Below, piece after piece: positions 1 through 8,369 of a stretch of 64,000 nucleotides of DNA (positions within the stretch are counted from its first letter, which is position 1; each line of letters opens with the position of its first letter). The stretch spans positions 10,639 to 74,638 of the forward strand of contig CAYGCR010000001.1 in the NCBI GenBank assembly GCA_964348415.1. Reading direction: 5' to 3'. The stretch is from an uncultured Ignavibacteria bacterium. GTDB taxonomy: Bacteria; Zixibacteria; MSB-5A5; SM1-73. The translations under genes and the position numbers were made by a program. The notes under the pieces were generated by a model, which was given only the letters and a program-made list of their open reading frames with translations, was not told the DNA's origin and made no database searches.

Positions 1-56
1 GGATACTGCGTATTGTAACCGAAATCGGGTACCACCAAGAAAGTGAGGATATCAAA

Positions 57-1454
57 ATGGCTCTTAGGTTCTATAACACTCTGACGAGAATGAAAGACGA
101 GTTCCACACGGTTCATCCGGGTGAGGTCAAGATGTACACCTGCGGGCCCACCGTCTACGACTTCGCTCATATCGGTAACTTCAGAGCTTATGTTTTCGCC
201 GACGTACTGCGCCGGTATCTGGAGTACAAGGGCTACAAGGTTACTCAAGTCGTTAACGTGACCGACGTGGACGACAGGACCATCGACGGATCGCAAAAGC
301 AAGGAATTCCGCTGGAGAAGTACACCAAGAAGTATAAGGACGCCTTCTTCGAGGACCTAAATAGCCTGAACATCAAGCCGGCCGAAGTCTATCCGGAAGC
401 GACCGGACACATAAGAGAGATGGAGGCGTTGGTCAAGAGTCTTCTGGATAAGGGGCACGCGTACGAGAACGAAGGCTCCACTTACTTCAGAATAGCCAGT
501 TTTCCCCAGTACGGCAAGTTGTCCCACATGGACATGTCAGGCCTGAAGGCTGGTGCCAGAGTAGCAGCTGACGAATACGACAAAGAGCAGGTGGCAGATT
601 TCGCGCTGTGGAAAGGATGGGACGAAAAAGATGGACCGGTCTTCTGGGAGACGGAGGTAGGAAAAGGTCGCCCCGGATGGCACATCGAGTGCTCAGCCAT
701 GAGCATGAAGTACTTGGGCCAGCACTTCGACATCCATACCGGCGGGGTGGACCTCATCTTCCCCCATCATGAGAACGAAATCGCCCAGTCAGAATCTGCT
801 ACTGGAGAGAAGTTCGTCAATTTCTGGCTGCATAACGAACACCTGATGGTGGAGGGAAGGAGGATGGCGAAACGCTACGGAAATTACTACGCCTTGCGCG
901 ATCTTCTGGATAAGGGATATAATCCCATCGCCATAAGGTACTTGCTTATGGCCACGCACCACCGGCAACAGTTGAATTTCACCTTCGACGGTCTGGAAGC
1001 AGCCAAGAACGCCCTTCAAAGGCTGTATGATTTTGTCGACAATCTTAGGCTGGTCAGTGGCGAAAAAGACGATCCCGAAATAGATCAGATCTTACAGAAG
1101 GCGAAGGATGACTTCGAAGAAGCATTAGATGATGATCTGAACGCTTCTGAGGCTCTGGGTGTCGTCTTTACGCTGGTCAAAGACGTGAATCGATTGATGG
1201 ATGAGAAAAAGATTTCCACCTCCGGTGCCAATAAGGTTCTGGGATTGACTGACTCTTTTGACTCTGTCTTTGGTTTGTTGAGAAGAGAAGAGCTGATTTT
1301 GGATGAAGAGATAAAAGCGTTGATTGAGAAAAGGACCCAAGCCAGAAAGGCAAAAGACTTCAAGCTGGCAGATCAGATAAGAAAAGATCTTGAGGAGAGA
1401 GGTATTATTCTGGAGGATACGCCTGAAGGAACAAAGTGGAAGAAGAAAATGTAG
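57..1454 (+). CDS. cysS: Cysteine--tRNA ligase
   Basis: YTCGPTVY, HIGN, GRPGWHIECSAM, DIHTGGVDLIFPHHENEIAQ and C-terminal ADQIRKDL..RGIILED motifs; KMSKS loop reads RMAKR. Confidence 0.97.
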   Translation: MALRFYNTLTRMKDEFHTVHPGEVKMYTCGPTVYDFAHIGNFRAYVFADVLRRYLEYKGYKVTQVVNVTDVDDRTIDGSQKQGIPLEKYTKKYKDAFFEDLNSLNIKPAEVYPEATGHIREMEALVKSLLDKGHAYENEGSTYFRIASFPQYGKLSHMDMSGLKAGARVAADEYDKEQVADFALWKGWDEKDGPVFWETEVGKGRPGWHIECSAMSMKYLGQHFDIHTGGVDLIFPHHENEIAQSESATGEKFVNFWLHNEHLMVEGRRMAKRYGNYYALRDLLDKGYNPIAIRYLLMATHHRQQLNFTFDGLEAAKNALQRLYDFVDNLRLVSGEKDDPEIDQILQKAKDDFEEALDDDLNASEALGVVFTLVKDVNRLMDEKKISTSGANKVLGLTDSFDSVFGLLRREELILDEEIKALIEKRTQARKAKDFKLADQIRKDLEERGIILEDTPEGTKWKKKM

Positions 1455-1605
1455 GACGCACTCCAGACTTTGGGTCTGATTTCTGGCAAAAGTCGCCCCG
1501 TTCCGGTTTCAACATCATCTCAGTCAGGGACGGGGCGCTTCTATGGAAGGGAACAATGAGGAGCAGATGTCTGTTTCGTGTTCTCTTCTGAGACTTAGTT
1601 TGTTG

Positions 1606-1634
1606 TTGACTTAACAGACAGGGAAGACTATATT
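1606..1634 (+). promoter_or_regulatory. Sigma70-type promoter for the tRNA pair
   Basis: TTGACT-N17-TATATT, about 25 nt upstream of tRNA-Arg. Confidence 0.7.
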
Positions 1635-1658
1635 GCCGACGACAGAAAATAGAGTATT

Positions 1659-1732
1659 GCGCCTATAGCTCAACTGGATAGAGCATCTGACTTCGGATCA
1701 GAGGGTTGGGGGTTCGAGTCCCTCTAGGCGCG
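1659..1732 (+). tRNA. tRNA-Arg (anticodon TCG)
   Basis: Acceptor stem GCGCCTA/TAGGCGC, anticodon arm TCTGA-CTTCGGA-TCAGA, T-loop GGTTCGAGTCC; CCA not encoded. Confidence 0.95.
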
Positions 1733-1835
1733 ACCCCGCCGAAGGCGGGACGGTTCACAGAATACAGTCTACGGTTCACGGTTGAAACGGTTTTGGTTTT
1801 TACCGTCAACTGAGAACCGTAAACCGGCGAAGCCC

Positions 1836-1910
1836 GTCCCCATCGTCTAGCCTGGTCTAGGACACCGCCCTTTCACGGCGGCGACACGAGTTCAAATCTC
1901 GTTGGGGACG
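1836..1910 (+). tRNA. tRNA-Glu (anticodon TTC)
   Basis: Acceptor stem GTCCCCA/TGGGGAC, anticodon arm CCGCC-CTTTCAC-GGCGG, T-loop GTTCAAATC; CCA not encoded. Confidence 0.95.
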
Positions 1911-1934
1911 CTTTTTGGGTTAGCGCCGATCCTT

Positions 1935-2098
1935 TCCCTGCCAAGATGGAGGTTTCTTGAAGATCTGCCCGGCGCGAAGGAACGTGTGGAACCCCAGTCA
2001 AGCGAGCAGGAGAACCAACCCTAACGAGTCTCATACCAGAACTGAAGGGAGAAAAACGAGAGGCTCTCCGGATCGAACACACCTCGCCTGGACAGGTA
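1935..2098 (-). ncRNA. Probable 6S RNA
   Basis: About 165-nt rod with paired ends (CCTGTCCAGG/CTTGGCAGG, GAGGT/ACCTC) and a central unpaired bubble; minus strand carries GTGTTCG, GAGCC and CTTGAC..GGGTTC in the order seen in 6S RNAs; one G-U pair favours the minus strand. Confidence 0.5.
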
Positions 2099-2114
2099 TT
2101 TTTTTAAAGATATT

Positions 2115-2142
2115 TTGACAAAAGAGAGTATTTTAGTATATT
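2115..2142 (+). promoter_or_regulatory. Sigma70-type promoter upstream of the LivK-like gene
   Basis: TTGACA-N16-TATATT in an AT-rich patch. Confidence 0.55.
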
Positions 2143-2304
2143 TTGTTAGACCAAGAGCGTCGGCTGAGACTTTTAGATTGGGTTTGGGTGCACTGCTCTT
2201 GACAGGACGTGCATGACAAGCGGACCGGGATGCTGTTGTTTGTCATGTTTTTCTGAAGAGACAACGATGTTAACCCCGGCCTCATTTTAAGGGGACACTC
2301 TTCA

Positions 2305-3459
2305 TTGAGCAAGAAAACCATCCTTTGCGTGACTCTTTCCGCTTTCCTGACGCTGGAACTTCTCTCCTCTTGCGCCGAGAGGGAAGACGAAGGGTCCATA
2401 AGAGTCGGCGTTGTCCTTCCGCTCTCTGGCGAGCTCTCCACGTACGGAAACGAGTGCCTCAAGGGGATCGTTCTGAGGTTGGATGAGGCTAACCGTGAAG
2501 GAGGGGTTCGGGGCAGAAAGTTAAGCTACGTTAGCGAAGACAACCAGGGAGATCCTTTGAAGACGGCAAACGCGGTTGACCTTCTGGCCAAGGATGACCG
2601 GGTGTTGGCCATCATGGGTGCTGGCATCAGCGAGAACACCTTGGCCGGTGCCTCAGTGGCCCAACATCTAAAGGTCCCGTTGCTTGCTCCGCTGGCCACC
2701 AGCCCGGTGATAACCGAGGTGGGAGATTATATCTCCCGAATCTGCTTCATCGACCCCTATCAGGGAAGCGCGCTGGCTAATTTCGCCTTCTCCTTCTTGA
2801 AGCTGAAGAAGACCGCGGTGTTGACCAGGGAGGAAGATCAGTACAGCGAGGGATTAACGGAGTACTTCATAAAGAGTTATCGTCAGATGGGAGGTGAGAT
2901 AGTCTCTCACCAGTATTATAAGGGAGAGGAGACAGATTTTGTCTCCCGGCTGAAACAAATCCAGGAGAAACAGCCCGAGGCTATCTTCGTCCCCGGCTAT
3001 TGGAGCGAAGCCGCAGCCATCTTCAAGCAGGCAAAGAAGTTGGGGCTGGAACTCTTCCTGCTGGGGGGAGATGGATGGGAGTCGCCGGACTTCTTCAGAG
3101 AGGTGGGGGCCGAGTTGGAGGAGACCGACAAGATCTATATCACCAGCCATTTCTCTGTTGAAAACGTCGATGTCCGGGCCAAGAAGTTCGTCGAGGACTA
3201 CAGAAAAGTCCACGGCGAGGAACCATCAGCTCCCGCAGCCTTGGGATACGATGCGGCCGGAGTCCTGATCGACGCCTTGAAGCGGACACCCCAGCTATCC
3301 AGGGATGCTTTGAAGGACGCTATAAACACTACATCCAACTTCCCCGGGGTGACCGGCACTATCACCCTGAATGAGAAGAGAAACGCGGTCAAGCCGATAG
3401 TCATATTGAAACCGTACAAGGGCAAGTTCATCTACTTTGCCACGTCCACCGGGTTTTAG
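2305..3459 (+). CDS. ABC transporter substrate-binding lipoprotein, LivK/branched-chain amino acid family
   Basis: Lipobox LSSC, IRVGVVLPLSG, EDNQGDP, RICFIDPYQG, AALGYDA, FPGVTGTITL; TTG start. Confidence 0.9.
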   Translation: MSKKTILCVTLSAFLTLELLSSCAEREDEGSIRVGVVLPLSGELSTYGNECLKGIVLRLDEANREGGVRGRKLSYVSEDNQGDPLKTANAVDLLAKDDRVLAIMGAGISENTLAGASVAQHLKVPLLAPLATSPVITEVGDYISRICFIDPYQGSALANFAFSFLKLKKTAVLTREEDQYSEGLTEYFIKSYRQMGGEIVSHQYYKGEETDFVSRLKQIQEKQPEAIFVPGYWSEAAAIFKQAKKLGLELFLLGGDGWESPDFFREVGAELEETDKIYITSHFSVENVDVRAKKFVEDYRKVHGEEPSAPAALGYDAAGVLIDALKRTPQLSRDALKDAINTTSNFPGVTGTITLNEKRNAVKPIVILKPYKGKFIYFATSTGF

Positions 3460-3494
3460 CAGCATGCCCTGATCCTGGAGGAGGCACAGGTCAC

Positions 3495-4670
3495 ATGAGG
3501 ATAAAAGAGAAGGCGATAGTCCTAATTCTGTTGTTAGTGATCTCCTCTCTCTGGTGGGTCCGGACCTCTTCTCAGACGTCCTACAATCCAGACCTCTACG
3601 GAATCAGCAGGTATCGTTATACCTCCGCCCAGGTCTGCAAGCAGTGTCACACTCAGATCTACCGGATCTGGTCACAGTCCATGCACGCCAAAGGGATTGA
3701 GGATCCCGTCTTCAAGGCGGACTACCTCTCCGCCATCATGGAGGAGGGGGAAGAGATAAAAAGCTATTGTCTCTCCTGTCATGTGCCGACGGTGAAGAAG
3801 ACCGCTGACTATACAATCAAGCGGGAGATCTCCAAGGAGGGGGTTACCTGTGATTTCTGCCACTCCATCTCCGCGGTGGATCTGTCCAATCCGGACGAGC
3901 CTTTCGAGATGGACATAGGTGAGCGAAAATACGGACCTTATGAGGATGCCGATTCTCCCGCTCACGCCACAGTGCCGTCCAAGATGCATACCGAGTCGGA
4001 GTTTTGCGGAGGCTGTCACGAGCTGGTGAATAAGAACGGAGCTTTGATCATGGGCACCTATTCCGAGTGGAAGGAGAGCCCCTATCCGGCCAAGGGAATC
4101 CACTGCCAGAATTGTCACATGCCCACGATATTCGGCATGCCTGTGGTGGATCCTAAGATAAAGAAGACCGATCACATGCTCACCGCGCACGAGTTCCTGG
4201 GAGGACACTCGCAGATCAACCTGGCGCACGCGGCTCAGGTTGAGACCGACGTGGAGATCAAAGGGAATAAGGCCACGGTCATCACTTATGTTACCAATGC
4301 GGAGTCGGGTCACAAGCTCCCCACGGGTACGCCCTCCCGAAAGGTGATTCTGGAGACGAGAATCACGGACAATTCGGGTAACATTTTGGCGGAAACGAAG
4401 AAGGTATATCGGAAGGTGCTGGTGGACGAAAACGGGGTGATCCTGGAGAAGAGCTTCGACATGATCCTGAAGGCCAAAAGCATATTCAGAGACAATAGAA
4501 TCGCCCCCAAGGAGACCCGGAAGGAAGAGTTCGTCTTTGACATCCCCAAGGGTGTCAAATCCTTCCAGGTGGAAAGCACCTTGAAATACGAGTTCTTCAC
4601 GCCTATAATCACCACCAGAAAGATGGAAGTGGAGATGGCACAGGATTCCAAGTCGATATCGATCAAATGA
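3495..4670 (+). CDS. Exported pentaheme cytochrome c (c554-like) with C-terminal beta-rich domain
   Basis: Five CxxCH (CKQCH, CLSCH, CDFCH, CGGCH, CQNCH), N-terminal hydrophobic segment, WSQSMHA, GHKLPTG. Confidence 0.88.
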   Translation: MRIKEKAIVLILLLVISSLWWVRTSSQTSYNPDLYGISRYRYTSAQVCKQCHTQIYRIWSQSMHAKGIEDPVFKADYLSAIMEEGEEIKSYCLSCHVPTVKKTADYTIKREISKEGVTCDFCHSISAVDLSNPDEPFEMDIGERKYGPYEDADSPAHATVPSKMHTESEFCGGCHELVNKNGALIMGTYSEWKESPYPAKGIHCQNCHMPTIFGMPVVDPKIKKTDHMLTAHEFLGGHSQINLAHAAQVETDVEIKGNKATVITYVTNAESGHKLPTGTPSRKVILETRITDNSGNILAETKKVYRKVLVDENGVILEKSFDMILKAKSIFRDNRIAPKETRKEEFVFDIPKGVKSFQVESTLKYEFFTPIITTRKMEVEMAQDSKSISIK

Positions 4671-4752
4671 TCTGCTTCGACCTTGAATCCGTCAGTAGCG
4701 TTGCTGACAAAGTATCCTCAAAAGACCGTAACTCCCGAAAAAACGCGAAAGC

Positions 4753-5253
4753 ATGAAAAGACTGATTCTTGGCATCATCGGCTTGGTCTTTCTGATCATT
4801 GTTGTCAGTGCTACGGGGTGGCTCCAAATCGGAGCCACCAGACAGCCAATCGCGTTCAATCACTCAAAACACGCAGAGCAAGGCTTGGAATGTGTGGATT
4901 GCCACAAGTATGTGACGAAACACAAATTCGCTGGATTGCCTAATATCGAAACCTGCTCCGAGTGTCATGAGGAGAGGCTCACTGAGAGCAAGGAGGAGGA
5001 GAAGCTGGTCCGGTTCATCCAAGATGATGTTCTCATACCCTGGAGCAGCGTTTATCGGCAGCCGGACCACGTCTATTACTCCCATGCCGTCCACGTGGTT
5101 TTGGCTGGTCTGGAGTGCCAGAATTGTCACGGGAATATCGCAGAAAGGGAGACTCCCCCGAAAAGGCCGGCGGTGAACATGTCCATGGACTTCTGCATGG
5201 ATTGCCATCGGAGGCAAAATGCCACTCTGGACTGTCTGGCCTGTCATATTTGA
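4753..5253 (+). CDS. Membrane-anchored pentaheme cytochrome c (ActA/QrcA-like)
   Basis: N-terminal TM helix, QPIAFNHSKH, five CxxCH (CVDCH, CSECH, CQNCH, CMDCH, CLACH), PDHVYYSHAVH. Confidence 0.9.
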   Translation: MKRLILGIIGLVFLIIVVSATGWLQIGATRQPIAFNHSKHAEQGLECVDCHKYVTKHKFAGLPNIETCSECHEERLTESKEEEKLVRFIQDDVLIPWSSVYRQPDHVYYSHAVHVVLAGLECQNCHGNIAERETPPKRPAVNMSMDFCMDCHRRQNATLDCLACHI

Positions 5254-5266
5254 GAGAGATTAGAAG

Positions 5267-7675
5267 ATGCGCGTGTCACGAAGAGAGTTTTTGACGTTCC
5301 TTTCCACGGTAGGCTTATCGTCGTCCCTTCTTGGCTACCTTCCTCGGAGTCTGAGGGCTCAAACGGAGGTGAGGCAGTCCAATCTCCCCCTGCTGGAAGA
5401 CTGGGTGCCTTCCGTTTGCCGACAGTGTCCGGGAGGATGCGGCATCCTGGTGAGAGTGATTCAGGGAAAGGCGATAAAGATCGAAGGTAATCCCCTGCAT
5501 CCGGTTAACCAAGGAAGGTTGTGTCCCAAGGGGCAGTCCGGCCTGCACGTTCTTTATGATCCCGACAGGATAAGGTCCCCTCTGAGGCGCAAGGGTGAGA
5601 GGGGAGCGGGAAAGTGGGAGGAGATCGGATGGGAGGAAGCGATAGGGCAGGTCTCAGACAAGCTGAAAGAACTACGGCGAGAGGACGATGCCCGCTCCCT
5701 GGTGGTTCTCTCCGGGCAGAAGCGGGGAATCGGATCTGAGCTTCTGGAGAGTTTTACCAAGGTTTTTGGCTCCCCAAACTTCGTACTTGACGATTCAGAC
5801 TACAGCCTTTTTTCCCCGTCGGTTTTCTTCATGCAGGGAGTCGACGGCAGACCCTGTTACGACCTTTTGAACGCAAATTACGTTCTATCGTTCAACAGCT
5901 CGATCCTCGAGACTTCCTGGTCTCCGGTACAGGCCATGAGGGCGTACGGCAGCCTCCGGGAGAGGAGACTTTTGAAGCGCTCCAGATTGGTGCATGCGGG
6001 GCCGTACCTTTCGCTGACCGCTGCCAAAGCCGACGAGTGGATTCCCATAACTCCGGGTACCGAAGCTGCCTTAGCCTTGAGCATGTGCCATGTGATCATT
6101 CGTGAGGGTCTGTCAGACCAAGGCTTCTTGTCCAAGTTTACCTTCGGATTCGACGACTGGCAGGACCGCGAGGGAAAAGGGCACATGGGTTTCAAGACCT
6201 TGGTACTGAGAGACTATGGTCCCGGTGACGTCTCGGAGCTTACCGGGATTCCCACTCAAGACATAATCCGATTGGCCAAGGAATTCTCTTTGGCAAAACC
6301 ATCTCTGGCCATCGACGAGGGCCAAGCTGTGGCGCAAAGTCAGGACACATATGCCAAGATGGCCATTCATGCCCTGAACGCCCTGTCAGGTAACATTGAC
6401 GTGCCTGGGGGAGTTCTGTCCCCCAGGCGGCCCGCCTCCTTTGACCTTCCGATTCCCCAGCCGGGCAGCCGCTCCCAGCGAAGCCCGGCCAACAACAGAA
6501 CCGGAGGAAAGGATTATCCACGGGGCTCGGAGCCTCTCGATCAGTTACCTCACAAGATCATGAAAGAGGACCCCCATCCGGTGAGGTGTCTTTTCCTCCA
6601 TTACTCCAATCCTCTTTTTTGCTCGGTCGATTCATCGGCTTTCTCGGAGGCCTTCAAGAAAGTTCCCTTCATCGTAAGTTTCTCTCCCTTCATGGATGAG
6701 AGCTCCCGACATGCTGATGTTATTCTGCCGGACTGCACCTACCTGGAGAAATGGGAGGACGATCCCTACCATACACTGGAGGGTTTCCCACTTCTCAGCG
6801 TAATGCAGCCGGCAGTTCGGCCGGTGTACAACACCACGAATACGGCGGACGCTATCCTGTTGATTTCAAAGAAAGTCTTAGATAACGAGTCTTCGGCTTA
6901 TCCCTGGAGCGATGCCCGGGAGCTAATCAGGCAGAGACTGAAGAACGTCTTCAATACTGCCAGAGGGGACGTCTTTGGGGAGGATTACGAGACCATCTGG
7001 ATAAGGCTGTTGGAGAACATCGGCTGGAGATCCGTATCCTACTCCTCCTTTGAGGAGTTCTTTGACGAGGTCTTGAGAAAGGGCGGCTGGTGGGATCCCA
7101 TGTACTATCACGGCGAATGGGATCGACTTCTCAAAACCCCCAGCGGGAAGTTCGAATTCTTCTCACAGGAACTTCTCGCGCGGTCCGAGTCGGGAGACTT
7201 ACCGAAGTCCGTCGCCCTGGGAGACGTAGCCTGTCTGCCTCACTATGAGCCGGTTAACCCGGATGATGGTGGGAAGGGATATCATTTCCTTCTGAATGTC
7301 TACCCGTTGTTGGCCTTCTTCGGAGGCAGGAATGCCAATCAGGCCTGGCTAAAAGACCTCTCGGGTTTAAAGATTCAGGAGAGGTGGGACGGATGGGTGG
7401 AGATCAATCCGGAAAGCGCCAAGGGGCTGGGAGTCTCTACCGGGGACTGGGTGTGGGTGGAGTCGCGTTTCGGAAAACTGAAGCTGAAGGTAAAGCTCTT
7501 CCCCGGCACTCGACCGGAGGTTGTCAACGTTCCCTTTGGATTCGGTCGCAACAGCGGGGGAAGATGGGCGAAAGATGAGGGAGAGAACATCAACGCTGTG
7601 ACGCAGAAGAAATACGATAGTATAGCTGGTAATGCCCTGTGGAATTATACCAGGGTCAGAATCTATAAAGCCTGA
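5267..7675 (+). CDS. Tat-exported molybdopterin oxidoreductase-fold subunit (QrcB/ActB1-like)
   Basis: Tat motif SRREFL, Fe-S motif CRQCPGGC...LCPKG, YDPDRIRSPL, TAAKADEWIPI.PGTE, C-terminal WVEINP domain. Confidence 0.9.
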   Translation: MRVSRREFLTFLSTVGLSSSLLGYLPRSLRAQTEVRQSNLPLLEDWVPSVCRQCPGGCGILVRVIQGKAIKIEGNPLHPVNQGRLCPKGQSGLHVLYDPDRIRSPLRRKGERGAGKWEEIGWEEAIGQVSDKLKELRREDDARSLVVLSGQKRGIGSELLESFTKVFGSPNFVLDDSDYSLFSPSVFFMQGVDGRPCYDLLNANYVLSFNSSILETSWSPVQAMRAYGSLRERRLLKRSRLVHAGPYLSLTAAKADEWIPITPGTEAALALSMCHVIIREGLSDQGFLSKFTFGFDDWQDREGKGHMGFKTLVLRDYGPGDVSELTGIPTQDIIRLAKEFSLAKPSLAIDEGQAVAQSQDTYAKMAIHALNALSGNIDVPGGVLSPRRPASFDLPIPQPGSRSQRSPANNRTGGKDYPRGSEPLDQLPHKIMKEDPHPVRCLFLHYSNPLFCSVDSSAFSEAFKKVPFIVSFSPFMDESSRHADVILPDCTYLEKWEDDPYHTLEGFPLLSVMQPAVRPVYNTTNTADAILLISKKVLDNESSAYPWSDARELIRQRLKNVFNTARGDVFGEDYETIWIRLLENIGWRSVSYSSFEEFFDEVLRKGGWWDPMYYHGEWDRLLKTPSGKFEFFSQELLARSESGDLPKSVALGDVACLPHYEPVNPDDGGKGYHFLLNVYPLLAFFGGRNANQAWLKDLSGLKIQERWDGWVEINPESAKGLGVSTGDWVWVESRFGKLKLKVKLFPGTRPEVVNVPFGFGRNSGGRWAKDEGENINAVTQKKYDSIAGNALWNYTRVRIYKA

Positions 7676-7685
7676 GAATCGTGGC

Positions 7686-8369
7686 ATGCCAAAGTGGGGA
7701 ATGGTCATAGATCTGGATAAGTGCACCGCCTGCGGTGCCTGTGTGGTGGCTTGCCAGGCGGAGAACAACGTTCCTCCTCCCGACTCGGAAGACCGCAAAA
7801 AGGGTAAGTCGATCCAGTGGATCGATATCATTCCGTTTGTGGAGGGGGAATATCCCTTCGTGAAGATGAGACTGTTGCCAAGACCCTGCATGCATTGCGA
7901 TCACCCGCCCTGCGTTCGAGTCTGTCCGGTGAGAGCGACTTACATCAACGACGAGGGTTTGGTGGGCCAGATTTACCCCCGTTGTATCGGTTGCAGGTAC
8001 TGCACCACGGCCTGCCCATACACGGTTAGGTATTTCAACTGGAAGACGCCTCACTGGCCCGAGAAAATGAGGAACTCGCTCAATCCGGACGTGTCGGTCA
8101 GGACCAAGGGGGTGGTGGAGAAGTGCTCCTTCTGTCACCACCGACTGCTCAAGGCCAGAGAGACAGCTAAGATGGAGAAAAGGAAGTTGCGGGAAACAGA
8201 TTACATACCCGCCTGTGTGCAGACCTGTCCCAGCGGAGCAATGCATTTCGGCGATTTGGAAGACCCGGAGGGCAACGTCTCAAAGTTGGCCCGAGACCTG
8301 CGCGCCTTTAAGCTTATGGAAGATTTGGGTACTGAGCCCAAGGTCATCTACCTGCGGGAGGGAGGCTAA
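7686..8369 (+). CDS. 4Fe-4S dicluster subunit (NrfC/PsrB/QrcC-like)
   Basis: KWGMVIDLDKCTACGAC, CMHCDHPPCVRVCP, CIGCRYCTTACPY, KCSFC...CVQTCP; start moved to ATG 7686 to avoid overlap with the upstream gene. Confidence 0.93.
   Translation: MPKWGMVIDLDKCTACGACVVACQAENNVPPPDSEDRKKGKSIQWIDIIPFVEGEYPFVKMRLLPRPCMHCDHPPCVRVCPVRATYINDEGLVGQIYPRCIGCRYCTTACPYTVRYFNWKTPHWPEKMRNSLNPDVSVRTKGVVEKCSFCHHRLLKARETAKMEKRKLRETDYIPACVQTCPSGAMHFGDLEDPEGNVSKLARDLRAFKLMEDLGTEPKVIYLREGG

Noticed and set aside
1873-2082. 69-aa minus-strand ORF, and the similar C-terminus of ORF 16948-17172
   Set aside because: The shared PTRFELVSP text is only the antisense translation of the tRNA-Glu sequence and its relic.
5267-7675. 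Selenocysteine recoding in the Mo-fold subunit
   Set aside because: The ORF is continuous with no in-frame TGA.
7632-7685. Longer N-terminus for the Fe-S subunit
   Set aside because: It overlaps the upstream gene by 44 nt; family homology starts at ATG 7686.
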